From Heptranchias perlo (taxonomy: Eukaryota), in contig NC_090346.1 of the NCBI RefSeq assembly GCF_035084215.1, positions 41,478,001-41,542,000 on the forward strand: DNA of 64,000 nucleotides, read 5' to 3'. The notes under the pieces are model-generated. The model was not told the origin of the DNA. It saw only the letters and a program-made list of their open reading frames with translations, and did no database searches. Made by a program: the position numbers and the translations under genes. Positions 1 through 11,735 of the stretch are shown one piece after another; within the stretch, counting starts at the first letter, position 1; each line of letters starts with the position of its first letter.

Positions 1-215
1 GGGGAGAACTCCCCTGCTCTTCTTCAAAATAGTGTCATGGGATCTTTTACATTCATCTGAGAGGGCAGATGTGGCCTCAGTTTAATGTGTCATCCAAAAG
101 TTGGCACCTCCAACAGTGCAGCACTCCCTATATACTACACTGGAGTGTCGCCTAGATTTTTTTTGTGCTCAAGTCTCTGGAATGGGACTTGAACCCATGA
201 CCTTCTCACTTACAG
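1..215 (-). mobile_element. tRNA-derived Deu-domain SINE (SacSINE1/AmnSINE-like), 5' half; cut by window edge
   Basis: Reverse strand has B-box-like GGGTTCAAGTCCC; body aligns by eye with copies at 11274-11735, 13621-13895 and 48641-48848. Confidence 0.75.
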
Positions 216-2606
216 GTGACTGTCATCTAGACAAAGAAAGGCTCTTGTGGACTCAAAGATGTAACAAAAAACATCATACTGGATGATTCCTATTATTGTA
301 GAATAATTGTTTGCTCCAATCATCATGAAAAAAAAACTTACACACTAAATTGTGAACTGCCCGACCTATCCTCTTTTCAAATAGCAGTTGTGTGATTCAC
401 AGTCTAAACTTATGTTGTAACCAGATCAGCGTCTTACTTATTAAAATATCTCTTCAATAATGCTACTGGAATGTAAACTGTAGATTGGTGTCATAGTCAA
501 ACTATAGTTAACCATCCTGAAACAAAATATCATCCCATGTACTTCATTTTAGTTCCACTGTAACATGAAACAAAGTAGTCAAAAATTATATAACCACATT
601 ATTATTTACTGCCCTTTCCCATATTTTCCTCCATTCCTCTTAAGCTCCTCACATCCTTTACACCCTGGGCTTTGGTCATGACCTTCTTCCAAACCTCCAC
701 ATGTGCCAATTCTTCATTAGGAGGTTGCTTCATAGTGACGTGAGTGACTTGGTATTCTGTCCCTCCCTCCCTTTGGGGAACTGCCTCATATACCTAGCAT
801 CTCCCCACAGTAGAATAGCTAGATTCCTGTAGAAAATGACAGATCTGAATCCATGTCATTCCATGCCATCCTTACTGATCTTCATATTTGAGGACCACTG
901 CCACTGTAGGTGGAGAGGGGAAGTTTATTGGATAAGGCCAGTTCCAAGAATTGTTAGGAAGAGTCTACACCTTTTAAAGCTGGTTAACGTTGATGGGGAA
1001 TACACTGCTAATATAAAACTATTCTATCTGCTTTCAAAGAGAGACCTTTGTTGAAGTGGTTCAGCAGCAGCAATGAGCAATAATTTATTTTTTCTTTTGC
1101 ATCTTTTTTCAACATCCTGATCAGGTCTGTGATGTGAATTATATCATCCACTGTAACATATTCTCCATATACATTGTGATTTCATCACAAACAGCAATGG
1201 AAGTCTTTCCATTAAACTTACGTTAAGTCTAAGTCAAGGGTGACCTTATGGTGGTTCTGTACTAACATAAGGGTGGCCAAGTGGCATTTTTGTATTAAGT
1301 ATAATGTCAGAGTGGTAGGGTCCACATTTGCCACATCCCAAGTTTCCAGCTTAGAGTGGGTTGTGCTGAGCAAAGGTGTTTTAAAAATGGGGATGAAAAA
1401 AATCATATGGTTGGGTTACCCTGCATCTCTCAGCAGCTTGTTACACAGTGGTATTGGCAGGGACCTAGAAGTTGATCACTTTTCAATGGTAAATGGTACA
1501 CAACATGGAAGAAAAAGCAACAAAAAAACTCTCAAAAATGAGGAAAGTAAGAGTTTTTTGAGTTACTCTATCCAGTAAGTTGTCTTGCATCCACTTAACT
1601 GCATAACAATGACTCTTTAAACAGAGTATATACTCAACTAAGAAAGCATATTGCACAATACAATAACATACACAGTAAAATAAAGCTTTTTTCAGTAAAG
1701 CTGTCTTTTGGTCACATTATTTTGATACATGGAAGATCTGGTATCATAACTCTTACGAAATCCTCTTTTCTTGTTACAAGGTGTCAATCAACTGGCACAC
1801 CAATAATAGGAAACGCCCCAAATGTTCCAATGGGACAATACAACATTGTCCATACACTATGATTGTTTTAACGAAACATACAGAATGCACAAAGGTAAGA
1901 AATTTTTAAAACAAAGAAAAACTCAATAATGCACACTGGAACCAAGAGTTCACTATGAAAGGGATATAAATAGCTTGATCTTGTAGTTACGATACAGAAT
2001 AAAAGATGGCTACGGCCAAGGCAAAAATACAAACTCAAATTTCAATCACTAAATAAATCAACTTAGCTTGGGTCTCAGTTAATGCCAACACTGAAGGGTG
2101 TTGCAGCCTTGACAACCGTACAACACTTATTTAGGATTGCTTAATTATTCAAGCCCACGTGCACCATATTAGTGCAATACTAATGATGAGCAACTTTGCA
2201 ATTCAGGGACCAAATAGAATTTAACCAACAATTTAGCCTTGGTTCTAGTATATAAATTAAGATTATGTAATTTGTAAAATGGTCTGCTTCAGCACACTTT
2301 CAGCTTTTTCACGAGAAAAACACGGTCAGAACTTTAATCTTTGCCATACCCAGCTCCTCTTTTGTTCCGAAATAATCAACTCCTCTCAAAGGGGATGTTG
2401 GCTCATGAGAAACAGATTTTTATACATTCGAACCAAAAGCAAGATTAAACTGAAATTACCAGTTGAGCTCTATTTTCTCCTTGCAATGCTAAGACCAATT
2501 CCCCTGCAAAGGGGCTTGCTTACCTTTTAGTTTTAAGTTCTGAGGCAGGGTATACACCTGAATGTTAGCTTGTCTTTTCTCTTCACAGATACTGACAGAA
2601 TTCCAC

Positions 2607-2823
2607 AGAACCTGTGGAGTTCTCTACCACATAAGGCTGTGGAGGCCAAGTCACATATTTCAGAAGGAGCTAGATAGATTTCTAGACACAAAAGGCATCA
2701 AGGGGTATGGGGAGAGAGCCAGAATATGGTATTGAGATAGCAGATCAGCCACGATCATATTGAATGGCGGAGCAGGCTCGAAGGGCCGAATGGCCTACTC
2801 CTGCTCCTATTTTCTATGTTTCT
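2607..2823 (+). mobile_element. CR1 LINE 3' end fragment
   Basis: End of ORF2 (NLWSSLP...KGYGE) plus 3' UTR GATCAGCCACGATCATATTGAATGGCGGAGCAGGCTCGAAGGGCCGAATGGCCTACTCCTGCTCCTAT, matching the tail of the long CR1 at 18633-20629. Confidence 0.9.
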
Positions 2824-3057
2824 AATAATCACTAATAATTGGGAAATATGGATCTTCAAAATGCAGCATCCATAAATAAATGCAAACTGAAAAATTCAAA
2901 TTATTTAGAGTGCAATACATTTACAAATGTTACAATCTTTGTACTATGTTTTCCTTGGTGGAATAAACATAAATTACACAAGAATTTGCAGTTGCTTAAG
3001 TTAATTAAACCTGGAGCTGAAGAAACAAATTATGTTTCCAGTGCAAAAAGACAGCCC

Positions 3058-3175
3058 TGGCCTGAATTCATTCAGCCTGTTGCAGAATTGGGACGATCGG
3101 ATATTAAATAATGAAGGTAAATAGTATCATGATCATTTGTTTTAAAAATAGAGAAATGCAAGGCAAACGAATGCT

Positions 3176-3208
<33 letters not shown>

Positions 3209-3537
3209 ATGTTATAAAAGCATGTTTCCATGATATCCATTGCTGGAGTTTAAAGTGAGCAAAGGAGCGCGTCAAGGTGATTGTTAGCCTGGTCCAAAGA
3301 AGGCATCTCAAACAAAGCTAGGGATATCAGTGAATCTGTGATGTATTCGATTGGTGGTATGTTTTAGTGAGTGTGTGATGGCGATAATTGCTGATATTAC
3401 TAAATTTAGGTCAGAACGCTTATTTTTCAGATGCCCAACCCCAACATTCCTATTCATCATAGGCGTAGTTAAATGAGGCCAAACTAATTCAAAAATGATG
3501 GACAAAAAAATGGCAATATTTGAGTAAAATCAGGCCA
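3058..3537. mobile_element. Degenerate MITE-like element with Harbinger-type GGCC termini
   Basis: Left TGGCCTGAATTCATTCA versus reverse complement of right end TGGCCTGATTTTACTCA (14/17); internal (TA)n; no clean TSD. Confidence 0.45.
3177..3200. repeat. (TA)n microsatellite
   Basis: Perfect TA run. Confidence 0.95.
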
Positions 3538-4368
3538 ATTACATTTATTTTTGAAGACCCAACAGATTATTTTGGTAGGGTATGGTTAGCAAAATTTTAA
3601 TGATTAAATATTGCTTCTTTAACAAACTGAATTACCACTAGTTTACAGTAATGCTGGTCACTAAAGGCCCTATTTGTTCTTAGCTTGTTTAATAAAAGTA
3701 ATTAATAATATAATTTAATTTTTAATATTTATTCCCTCTCCATTTGCCGCTCCCCATCTTCAGGCTGTTAACTCACCCGTTTTAGAGACATTCAGATAGC
3801 TGTTGATCCCACCATGAATGCAATATTATTTTAGATAAACTTTACTCTTTAAAATGGCTCAAAATCACTAGCATTTCATTTTATCAGTATTGTTACTAGT
3901 CATATTTAGCATATTCGCACCATTACACTATAGGAAAATACACATTTTATCCAAAAATGCTTTAATATCATGCCAATATGCTTCTTGTGTGATAAACTTA
4001 ATTCATCACCTCAATTTGCTCTCAACACTACCAACACAAATGGGCAGACCCGTACTTCACCCAAGCTCAAAATACTCCATGCAGAGACAATCCAGATAAC
4101 ACAAAATCTAAAATATAGCTGTAATATTCGTTCTTTTTCACAGTTCAAGTACACACAGTATGAAAATTTCACACTCTCTCATTATGCTTTCCTAAAATCC
4201 TAGTGATAACACTGTTACATAAACAGAGGCAAGTGGTCAAATCAATTTTGCACTTACTTTCAGGAGTCACTAAAAAGGGTTGTGCATTCAAATAGAGAGG
4301 TACAATACTTGACCCAACCAAAGATGGAAATGAAAGAAGCAAAAATCCACTGATCTAACACAAACAGG

Positions 4369-4841
4369 CTACACATCCAGCTTTGGTCTTTTACAGGTTT
4401 TGCGACCAGTCCGTCGACTACGGGACAGTGACTCGCCAGACTCTGCAGTTTCTTCTTCATCTGGCTGCGTGAATGAGTCTGTCATCTCCATCATTTGGGG
4501 ACAAGGTGGATGCTGCAACAATGGAAGGAGAGCCTGAACACAATCTGCTAGCCGCTCCAGGGGTTGCCTGATGGCTGCAGCCAATTCTTGGAGATCGCCC
4601 CGGAGCTCTCTTATTTCCTGTCTGATGCCATGCAACTCCTCATTGCCATCCCCAAGTAATACATTGTGTTGCTCTTGGATACCCAACAGTTCTTCTTCAG
4701 AAATTTGCTTATGTACCCTCTTCCCTTGAGGCTGGAATGGACTTTCCTCTCGAAAGGTCACTGGTGATACAATGTCTGGTGAAGAATAATCCACATCAAA
4801 GTTTGGACCAATGTCTTCCTGTTTCACCTCAACAATGGTTT
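4369..4841 (-). CDS. Myb/SANT-like protein coding exon 2 (coiled coil and basic C-terminus)
   Basis: Acceptor TCCAACAG|AAACC joins exon 1 in phase (G+AA=Glu, ...NNAFH-E-TIVEVKQED...); open to the stop at 4369; total CDS 1107 nt = 368 aa. Confidence 0.75.
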
Positions 4842-5587
4842 CTGTTGGACATATAATGTGGACATGAAAAGACACTGTCCTCCAACATGCACACTGACCC
4901 ACTTGGATCCAGAAAGTTGGATGGTACTTTCAATAAACTGAACTTATTTATTTTAGTCTTTTGTGGGCATAATTTGTGATTAATACTTATTCCACTTTGC
5001 AAATTAAGGCTTAAGTAACCTGAATGCACAAATGATATCCACCTTTCCCCATTAAAATACTCTCCTATTTATATATACCAAAATATCAAGTACAATGCTG
5101 TTATTATGGCTTTCCCTTCCTTTTCTTAACTTACAAATAACATTTAAAGTAATGTTTTAATGCTATATTTAAGAGCTCAGGATGCTATACAAAGCAGTAT
5201 GGGCAGAGAAAATCCAGCTGAATGAGGCTAGGCATTGTTTTAAATAGTGATATGGGTAAAGAGAATCAAGCTGGGAGAACTGAAGGATACCGAGATTAGT
5301 TTTAAAAAGCAATACAGACATTAGTAGTGTAGCGAGTTACAGACTATGAAGTGGAGCAATACACATTCGTCCATGTAATTCCCCAGAAAGAAGTTCCCAA
5401 TTTCAATTGAACTGCTTCTACAAAGCCGGGACCACTACTACATCTTTGAGTAGCTTGTTGCGGAGAGGCAATGGCACAGGCCAAGAACCGAGTTGCCTGG
5501 TCACCTTCCCTGATGAGAAAACAGTGGGTGGTGTAGAGAATTTAAAGAGGTAGTGGAAAAAACCTTTGAAACTATCAAGTAGAAGAA

Positions 5588-5757
5588 TATAAGAACTAGG
5601 ACCAGGAGTAGGCCATACGGCCCCTCGAGCCTGCTCCGCCATTCAATAAGATCATGGCTGATCTCCGACTTCAACTCCACTTTCCCATCCAATCCCCATA
5701 TCCCTTGATTCCTCTAGAGTCCAAAAATCTATCCATCTTAGCCTTGAGTATATTCAA
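5588..5757 (-). mobile_element. CR1 LINE 3' end fragment in the intron of the Myb-like gene
   Basis: Reverse complement of the CR1 3' UTR (GGCCCCTCGAGCCTGCTCCGCCATTCAATAAGATCATGGCTGATCT). Confidence 0.9.
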
Positions 5758-6041
5758 GGGGGAAGACACACAAAGCACAGCAGAGAGAAATTAGGGAAAC
5801 TCTGTGGCAGTTGAAAAACATGGTTGCAGGATTTGGACTGCAATCTGCCCATTGACTACCTCAGATCTACATAATACCCATGCTTTGGACCTGAGTGATG
5901 ATTTTCATTGTGTTCTGGTTTGTAAAGGATTGGACCAAGAATAAGAATAGGTTTATCCATTGGTTATCTTAATGTGAAAGTTTGATGACTTGAGTTGTTC
6001 AACAACCGTGTTTATGAACAGGAGGTATAGAGGCCACTCAC

Positions 6042-6675
6042 CATGAAATGCATTGTTTGCTTGATGGTCTTGGGGCTGCTCCTGGACGTTCTCTTGTGTA
6101 GCATTCTGGCCCAGTGTGAAAAGCAAGACTGGCGGCCACTGGACTGGGCCCTGGTGGTCTGGCAACGGTTGCACTGGCACTTGCTTGGTGTGCCAAGTCA
6201 TCTGTTGGTGTAGCACTGGTTTCTTCTGCTGGCTGGGGACAGCATGTCTGCTGCTGGCTCTGCTCGTGCTGTCATCCCGGCTGGTGCCACTGGTACTGGG
6301 TTCACTGTCATTGCTGGTGCTGGGTCCCGCTGGGTCGTACTTGATGACGCCCATGATGTTCTCCTGGTGTAACGTTTGAGCAATTCTCTCATTCTGCATT
6401 GCCTCCCGTGCCAATTTGACCACTTTATCTTTGGTCCGGTGGCACATGTCGTACCACCTTTTCTTAATGTCACCTATGTCCCTAGTGCATTTGGATACAG
6501 CATTGACTTTCGCCAGTATTGAAAACCAGATCTTGTTTTTGGTACCTGGAGGCAATTTAGTATACCCTCTGCCAAAGAGCTTGTCCTGGTGCAGTGTCAC
6601 TTCACGGATCAGGATTTCTGTTTCGTCGTCGTTAAAATTCAGTTTGCGACGCCGGAAGGCCTCTTCCTTAGCCAT
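6042..6675 (-). CDS. Myb/SANT-like (trihelix) DNA-binding protein, Harbinger ORF2/NAIF1/MSANTD-like, coding exon 1
   Basis: MAKEEAFRRRKLNFNDDETEILIREVTLHQDKLFG...KNKIWFSILAKVNAVSKCTRDIGDIKKRWYDM is a typical Myb_DNA-bind_5-type pattern; strong donor CATG|GTGAGT at 6042/6041 (phase 1). Confidence 0.85.
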
Positions 6676-6930
6676 TTGTCGCAGCTGGCTCGCAACACTG
6701 GTCGAAAGGGCGACTTTTAAAATTAAAACGAAGCAGCCTCTCCGACAAAACGGGAGCTTAAAATGGCGACTAAGTTGCATTTGCACTCAGACTGGACGTC
6801 GCATTTCTGATGCGTTCTGGAAATACGAGAATTTGCGGCGTCACAAATTTGTCGCATCGCAAGTGGAGATGCGACAAAAATGTGCAAAAAAAATATATAT
6901 AAACTGACCAAATTTTCATAAATCTGGCCC
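6640..6930 (-). mobile_element. Putative Harbinger terminus: TIR-like GGGCCAGATTTATGAA plus subterminal TGCGAC/GTCGCA motif cluster
   Basis: Minus strand starts GGGCCAGATTTATGAAAATTTGG at 6930; repeated (T)GCGAC/GTCGC(A) motifs in both orientations just upstream of the Myb-like ATG. Confidence 0.55.
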
Positions 6931-7029
6931 TGGGCTTGTGAAAGACCCTGATCTCCAATAGATAAAGACCAATAAAAGCTTTCTAAGAGCTAAGAAACCG
7001 GTCCCCTTTCCAGTTGCACGCAAGTACAA

Positions 7030-7780
7030 TGCAAACCTGGTGAGTCACGTACGCTAATGCATTCCTGATCTCCAAACTGCAAAATACGTGGATGGTATTT
7101 GGTTTTTATTAATCACGGAGCTAAATATATCTCCCATGCTTTATATATATATATATATATATATCACGAAGTGGGGCATTCTGCGCCCAGAATTGGTCAG
7201 ATGCCCAATTACAAGAACCGCGCAACCGAACGGGTGCAAAGAAACGCCGACCTCCAGGCGACGCAGTGTCAGCTCATCACCGTCCCATTTAACAGGCTCT
7301 GTTGGTGCCATCAAAGGATTGTTTACTGAACATAAAGGGGGTTTCCTCCTCTCGACGCTAAGTTGGTGCAATTGCAGACGCATCTTGCCATACTTAGCTT
7401 TTTTTTTAAAAAAAAATAATAATTTACAAAAATCATCCCAAAACGTTAAATAATAAATTGCAAGGCTAATCGCCCCAGCCTATCTCTCGCGTCGCTGGCA
7501 TCTGAGCTTGCTGTGTGTTTGACACAAGTATTTCTAATAAAACGAACGCAAACAAACTTGCCTGTCGCCATTGGTGATCTTCTCAATGGACTGGAACGTA
7601 CAATAATATTCAGGGAGCCTTGGCCATAATGTCCTTCTGTTTCATATTTGGGAATTAAAACAAAAGTTATCTTACAGCATACAGGATAAAGCGTCACGAT
7701 ACAGCTGTTGCATGATGGATGGAAACTGGACGTAAGAAGCACATGTTTAAGTTTTGCAATTAAGTGTGAGTCACGAAAAC
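7030..7780. promoter_or_regulatory. CpG-enriched promoter-like region upstream of the Myb-like gene
   Basis: Locally high CpG density versus the flanks; TGAGTCA (AP-1-like) near 7041 and 7767; CCAAT-type motifs; (TA)n at 7143-7163. Confidence 0.45.
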
Positions 7781-8559
7781 TAATTCAAATGCCTGCTTCC
7801 AGACCCGTTTATTTTCATTTCTAGTATATCACCGCAGTGCAAAATCATTGCAAAATAAAAAACGAATAACATTGGATACTGGTATTGCATCACATGATCG
7901 GGTTTTTGCTGGAACAAAACAAAGACAGGTCCCAAAACAAAAATATAGACCAAAAATTCCAAAACTAGTCCACAAGCAGAGAAAACAATGAATGCTAAAG
8001 TACATGAATGCAAGAATCCTAGGAAGCTGCCAGGAGCAGACTGCCAGGGGAGGCACCCATACATGCCAATCTAGAAAACTAATAAAAGCTGATTAACAGC
8101 ATCAAAAAAAAAGTTGACGCAGACCCCCAAAAGCTAGGAACTCAAGGACAGTTGCGATTATAAGCCTATAACATGTGAAACCAAGTAGGTACACTTTGTG
8201 ACCTAAGCTGTAGCTCAACATTCCTTGACTTTTATTGGAGGGAAAAACACATTAGTGCATGAAAACATGAATGGGGAAATAACAAATGTTGACACATAAA
8301 ATTGCTGGTGACTGGGGAACAGTCATCAGGATTTTTTTAAAATTAGACAAACAATGATGCAATCTGGTTAATTTTAAGCACTTGTGTACTTCACGATTGA
8401 TAGGTTTTTGATTTAAAAAAAGGAAAAACAAAGTGATACTTGGATTTTCAACATTGGTCATTTTCCCAAAAGTTACCTCAACAATCAATATCCTACAGTA
8501 AGTCACAGTACTTCATTCAGTTCCTTTTGTAGAGACATTCTCTCATCCTGTAATGTTCC

Positions 8560-9200
8560 CAGTTCATACTTATCTTTGTCCTCTCTCAATTCAGTCTGGC
8601 ACTTTTCTTCCCCTTCAATTCAAACTGGCATCCTTCCACCCCCAGTTCATGCTGCACTCTTTCCCCCAAGTTCAAGATGGCATTCTCCCTCCCTATTTTT
8701 CCTTCTCAGTTAATGTTGACACTCTCCTCCCCTCCACACCCTCAGCTTATCTGGGCACACTCCTCCATCCCACCCCATCAGCTTAATGCTGGCACCCCAA
8801 TTTCATTCCATCCTCTCAGTTAATGCCGTGCCCTCTCTGTTAATGTTGACATTGTCTTTCTTCCCTCATTCCAAAGTGCTGCTCCCAGTTTCCTTCTCAC
8901 CTCGCCCAAAATGCCACTGTGAGCTTCTCACCTTTTTCCTCCCAAGGCAGATACTTTGGCTTCTGTCCCCTTCCCTTTCAGCCATCATTTTCACACTTCC
9001 ATGTGCCCTCCACTTTCTCCCCTGCCCTTCACCTCCCCACTCCCTTTGCCCACCAATTTCCCCTTCCTTCTGCCTTCCACTTTTCCCACTTCCATTTGCC
9101 CTCCACTTTCCCCCCTGCCCGCCACATTCTACCTTGCCTCGGCCCCTCATCCCTCTTTCCACCACCCCCCCAACATCCTCCTTTTTGCCCTCAATGCCAT
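8560..9200. repeat. Pyrimidine-rich (C/T) low-complexity tract with degenerate internal repeats
   Basis: Strong strand asymmetry; repeated CTCAGTTAATG and CCCTCCACTTTC units. Confidence 0.7.
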
Positions 9201-9853
9201 GCTAACCAAGTCCAGCTACTACTTGAACTGATTCTGGCTACTGCTTACTGTGCACAGTTTTCAGGGGAATTCCATCCCACAGTATGCAGAGGCTGGAACC
9301 ACTTCCATTAGCAGCAGGACTCAGGTGCGAGCAGCACAGAAGGGAGAGGTGTCCAGTCTGAATTATGTGGGCTGGCCTGCCAAAATGTCGATGTTCATGT
9401 CAAATGCAGTCAGTTGGCAAGTATGGGGAAGAAAACCTTCAATATTCAATTAGTAAGCAAGTAGTGTATTCATAAGCTAGCTGCAGAATCAGTTCCAGCC
9501 ATCCTATATTCTGTTTATTGTGCTTGATGGAACTATAATTCTGCAAAGCTCCTTTCCCAGCAGTTAAAATTTGTGTTTAGAGTACGCGGGTGGGAGCTTT
9601 CGGCACTCTATAAACATTTTAATTAATTCCAGATTGGTTTAGAAGTGTCTAGGGACTTTTTAAATCTGGTTTGACATTGCACTGGAGCAGTAATCTATGT
9701 AGTGTCAGACCAAAGCTGTGTGAGACTGCCTCCACCAGGGGAGGTTGCACTGCTTCTTTCCAGAGTTGGTTGGGCCTCAGTTCAGGATTTATACTTTGCA
9801 GTGATGTTAATATTGCAAAATAAATACATCCTAAGATCAATATTAATATGTAG

Positions 9854-10058
9854 TATATAAAAACAGAAAATGCTGGAGAAGCTCAGCAAGTGAGGCAGCA
9901 TCTGCGGAGAAAGGAACAGAGTTAACGTTTCAGGTCAAAGACCTTTCGTCTGTTTCCTCTGTTTCTTTCTCCACAGATGCTGCCTGACTTGCTGAGCTTC
10001 TCCAGCATTTTCTGTTCTTATTTCAGATTTCCAGCATCCGCAATATTTTGCTTTTGAT
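9854..10058. mobile_element. Penelope-derived palindromic mini-element (family B) with 11-bp TSD
   Basis: About 60-bp inverted arms (AACAGAAAATGCTGGAGAAGCTCAGCAAGT... / ...ACTTGCTGAGCTTCTCCAGCATTTTCTGTT); TTAATATGTAG duplicated at 9843-9853 and 10059-10069; homologous to 45318-45408. Confidence 0.75.
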
Positions 10059-11273
10059 TTAATATGTAGGATGCTTGATTAGGATTACAAATCATCAAGT
10101 GTTAACAAGAGAATGCTGGCACTAATGGAGTGATCATTTGAAGTCATAACCAAATGAACAAAGCTGAACCCAATGTTGGATTAGTGCCTCTAGTTTGCTG
10201 ACAGATACGTAATTTTAAAATATTATTTAAGATAATTCTTTAACAGCAGCCGTTTTTGTAATTTCCTGCAGGCTAGTTCGAAGTCGGGTAGGACCACACA
10301 GTATACTGAATCGTGGCGTAGGATTTCATCGGGTAAGACACAATTTTAAATAATGCAATATGGAAGAATTATGTATCGTTATAATTTGGGCTCTCTCCCA
10401 ATATTTCTGCCTGTGCTTAGCGCGAAAGTGAGCTTCAATGGGTGAGCTAGCACGCCCTATGATCAGATACTTGATCTTGTGGGCAAGATACTTAGGGCGT
10501 AGCATGCCGTGGGTGAACAATGACCTCCTTTTCCATTGGTATGTACATTGCAAACTGTATGCTTATTCCAAAGCTGGAGGAACTAAGACGTTGATAGGCC
10601 ATATTGTTCAGGCTAAAAACTACCAATTGGTATTTATTAAAAGACACAAATAAATGCAGAAACAAAGTATTAGGGTGTTTGACTTTTCACCAATACTTTA
10701 AAATAGTTCCAAAACTTACCTATTTTCTGCAATAACTTTGGTAAATTGAATCACACAATCTAGATGAAAAGCTATTATGTAAGAGAAACACAATTGGGTC
10801 CATACAGCAGTACAATGAGAAGGAAACTAATCAGCAATTACTCCAGTCCCAGTTATATCTTTCACTTCCCTTTGAACCAGGCTAGTACAGAGGAAAACAG
10901 ACAGATATTGTTCACACCTCTGGTAGTGAGAAGTCCATCAATTAAATCAGATTTCTGCAGAGAACAGGACAGCTTCGTGGATGCTAGATTCAGCTGTGAG
11001 TCTAGTAAACAGAACATCTTGTTGAGACAGACATCCCAGATAAAGGCTCTGACTCCTTCTTGCAGCACCCAACTCACATACCAATCCAAACAACAATAAA
11101 ACCATACATTCTGACAGATGTCACACTCCAGATGTTACAATTTTTCACAGAAGCAAAACAATCTTGAAATGCTGGGCGCTTCTCAGATGCAACCAGCAAC
11201 TGACAAGCACATTGCAACCTGCAAAGTGCTCTGACAATAATTAAACTCTGAGTATTCTCAAACTGTGCTTAAG

Positions 11274-11735
11274 GAAAGAAAGAACTTACCTTTATACCGC
11301 ACATTTCATATCCTTACGATGTCCCAAAGTGCTTTACAACCAATTAATTGCTTTAGAAGCGTAGTCATTGTTGTGACTGTATGTAGGAAAACATGGCAGC
11401 CAATTTGGGCACAGCAAGGCCCCACAAATAGCAATGACCAGCTCATCTGTTTTGGTGGTGTTGGTTAAGGAATAAATATTGGCCAGAACCCTGGGAGAAC
11501 TCCACTGCTCTTCTTCAAATAATGCTATGGGTTATTTTATACTCACCTAAGCAGATAAACAGGGCATTGGTTTACTGTCTCATCCAAAGGATTGCACCTC
11601 CAGCAGTGCAGCACAACCCTCAGTATTGTATTTAAGTGTACGCCTAGATTATGTGCTCAAGTTCTAGAGTGAAACTTGAACCCATGACCGTCTGACTCAG
11701 AGACAAGAATATTACCAACGAAACCATGCCAACAC
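11274..11735 (-). mobile_element. Near full-length Deu-domain SINE (SacSINE1-like)
   Basis: tRNA-like head (GGGTTCAAGTTTC on minus), central conserved domain, L2-like tail ending in a TTCT-type repeat. Confidence 0.8.

Noticed and set aside
340-2560. Several 33-62 nt AG...GT micro-exon candidates on minus (794-826, 1222-1256, 2524-2557) and a 114-nt plus candidate (1781-1894)
   Set aside because: No recognisable protein or consistent phase chain; such sites arise by chance.
5508-5522. CTGATGAGAAA hammerhead-like core
   Set aside because: No stem II or flanking helices.
6676-6786. Upstream in-frame extension of the Myb-like ORF
   Set aside because: It lies in the subterminal repeat region; the AAATGG context at 6675 immediately before the domain is the more plausible start.
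6116-6907. Plus-strand ORFs of 87 and 163 aa
   Set aside because: Antisense shadows of the Myb-like exon.
7141-7383. Minus ORF containing MAPTEPVKWDGDELTLRRLE as a possible first coding exon
   Set aside because: No recognisable homology and only a weak donor.
8553-9311. Overlapping Pro/Leu/Ser-rich ORFs
   Set aside because: By-product of the pyrimidine-rich low-complexity tract.
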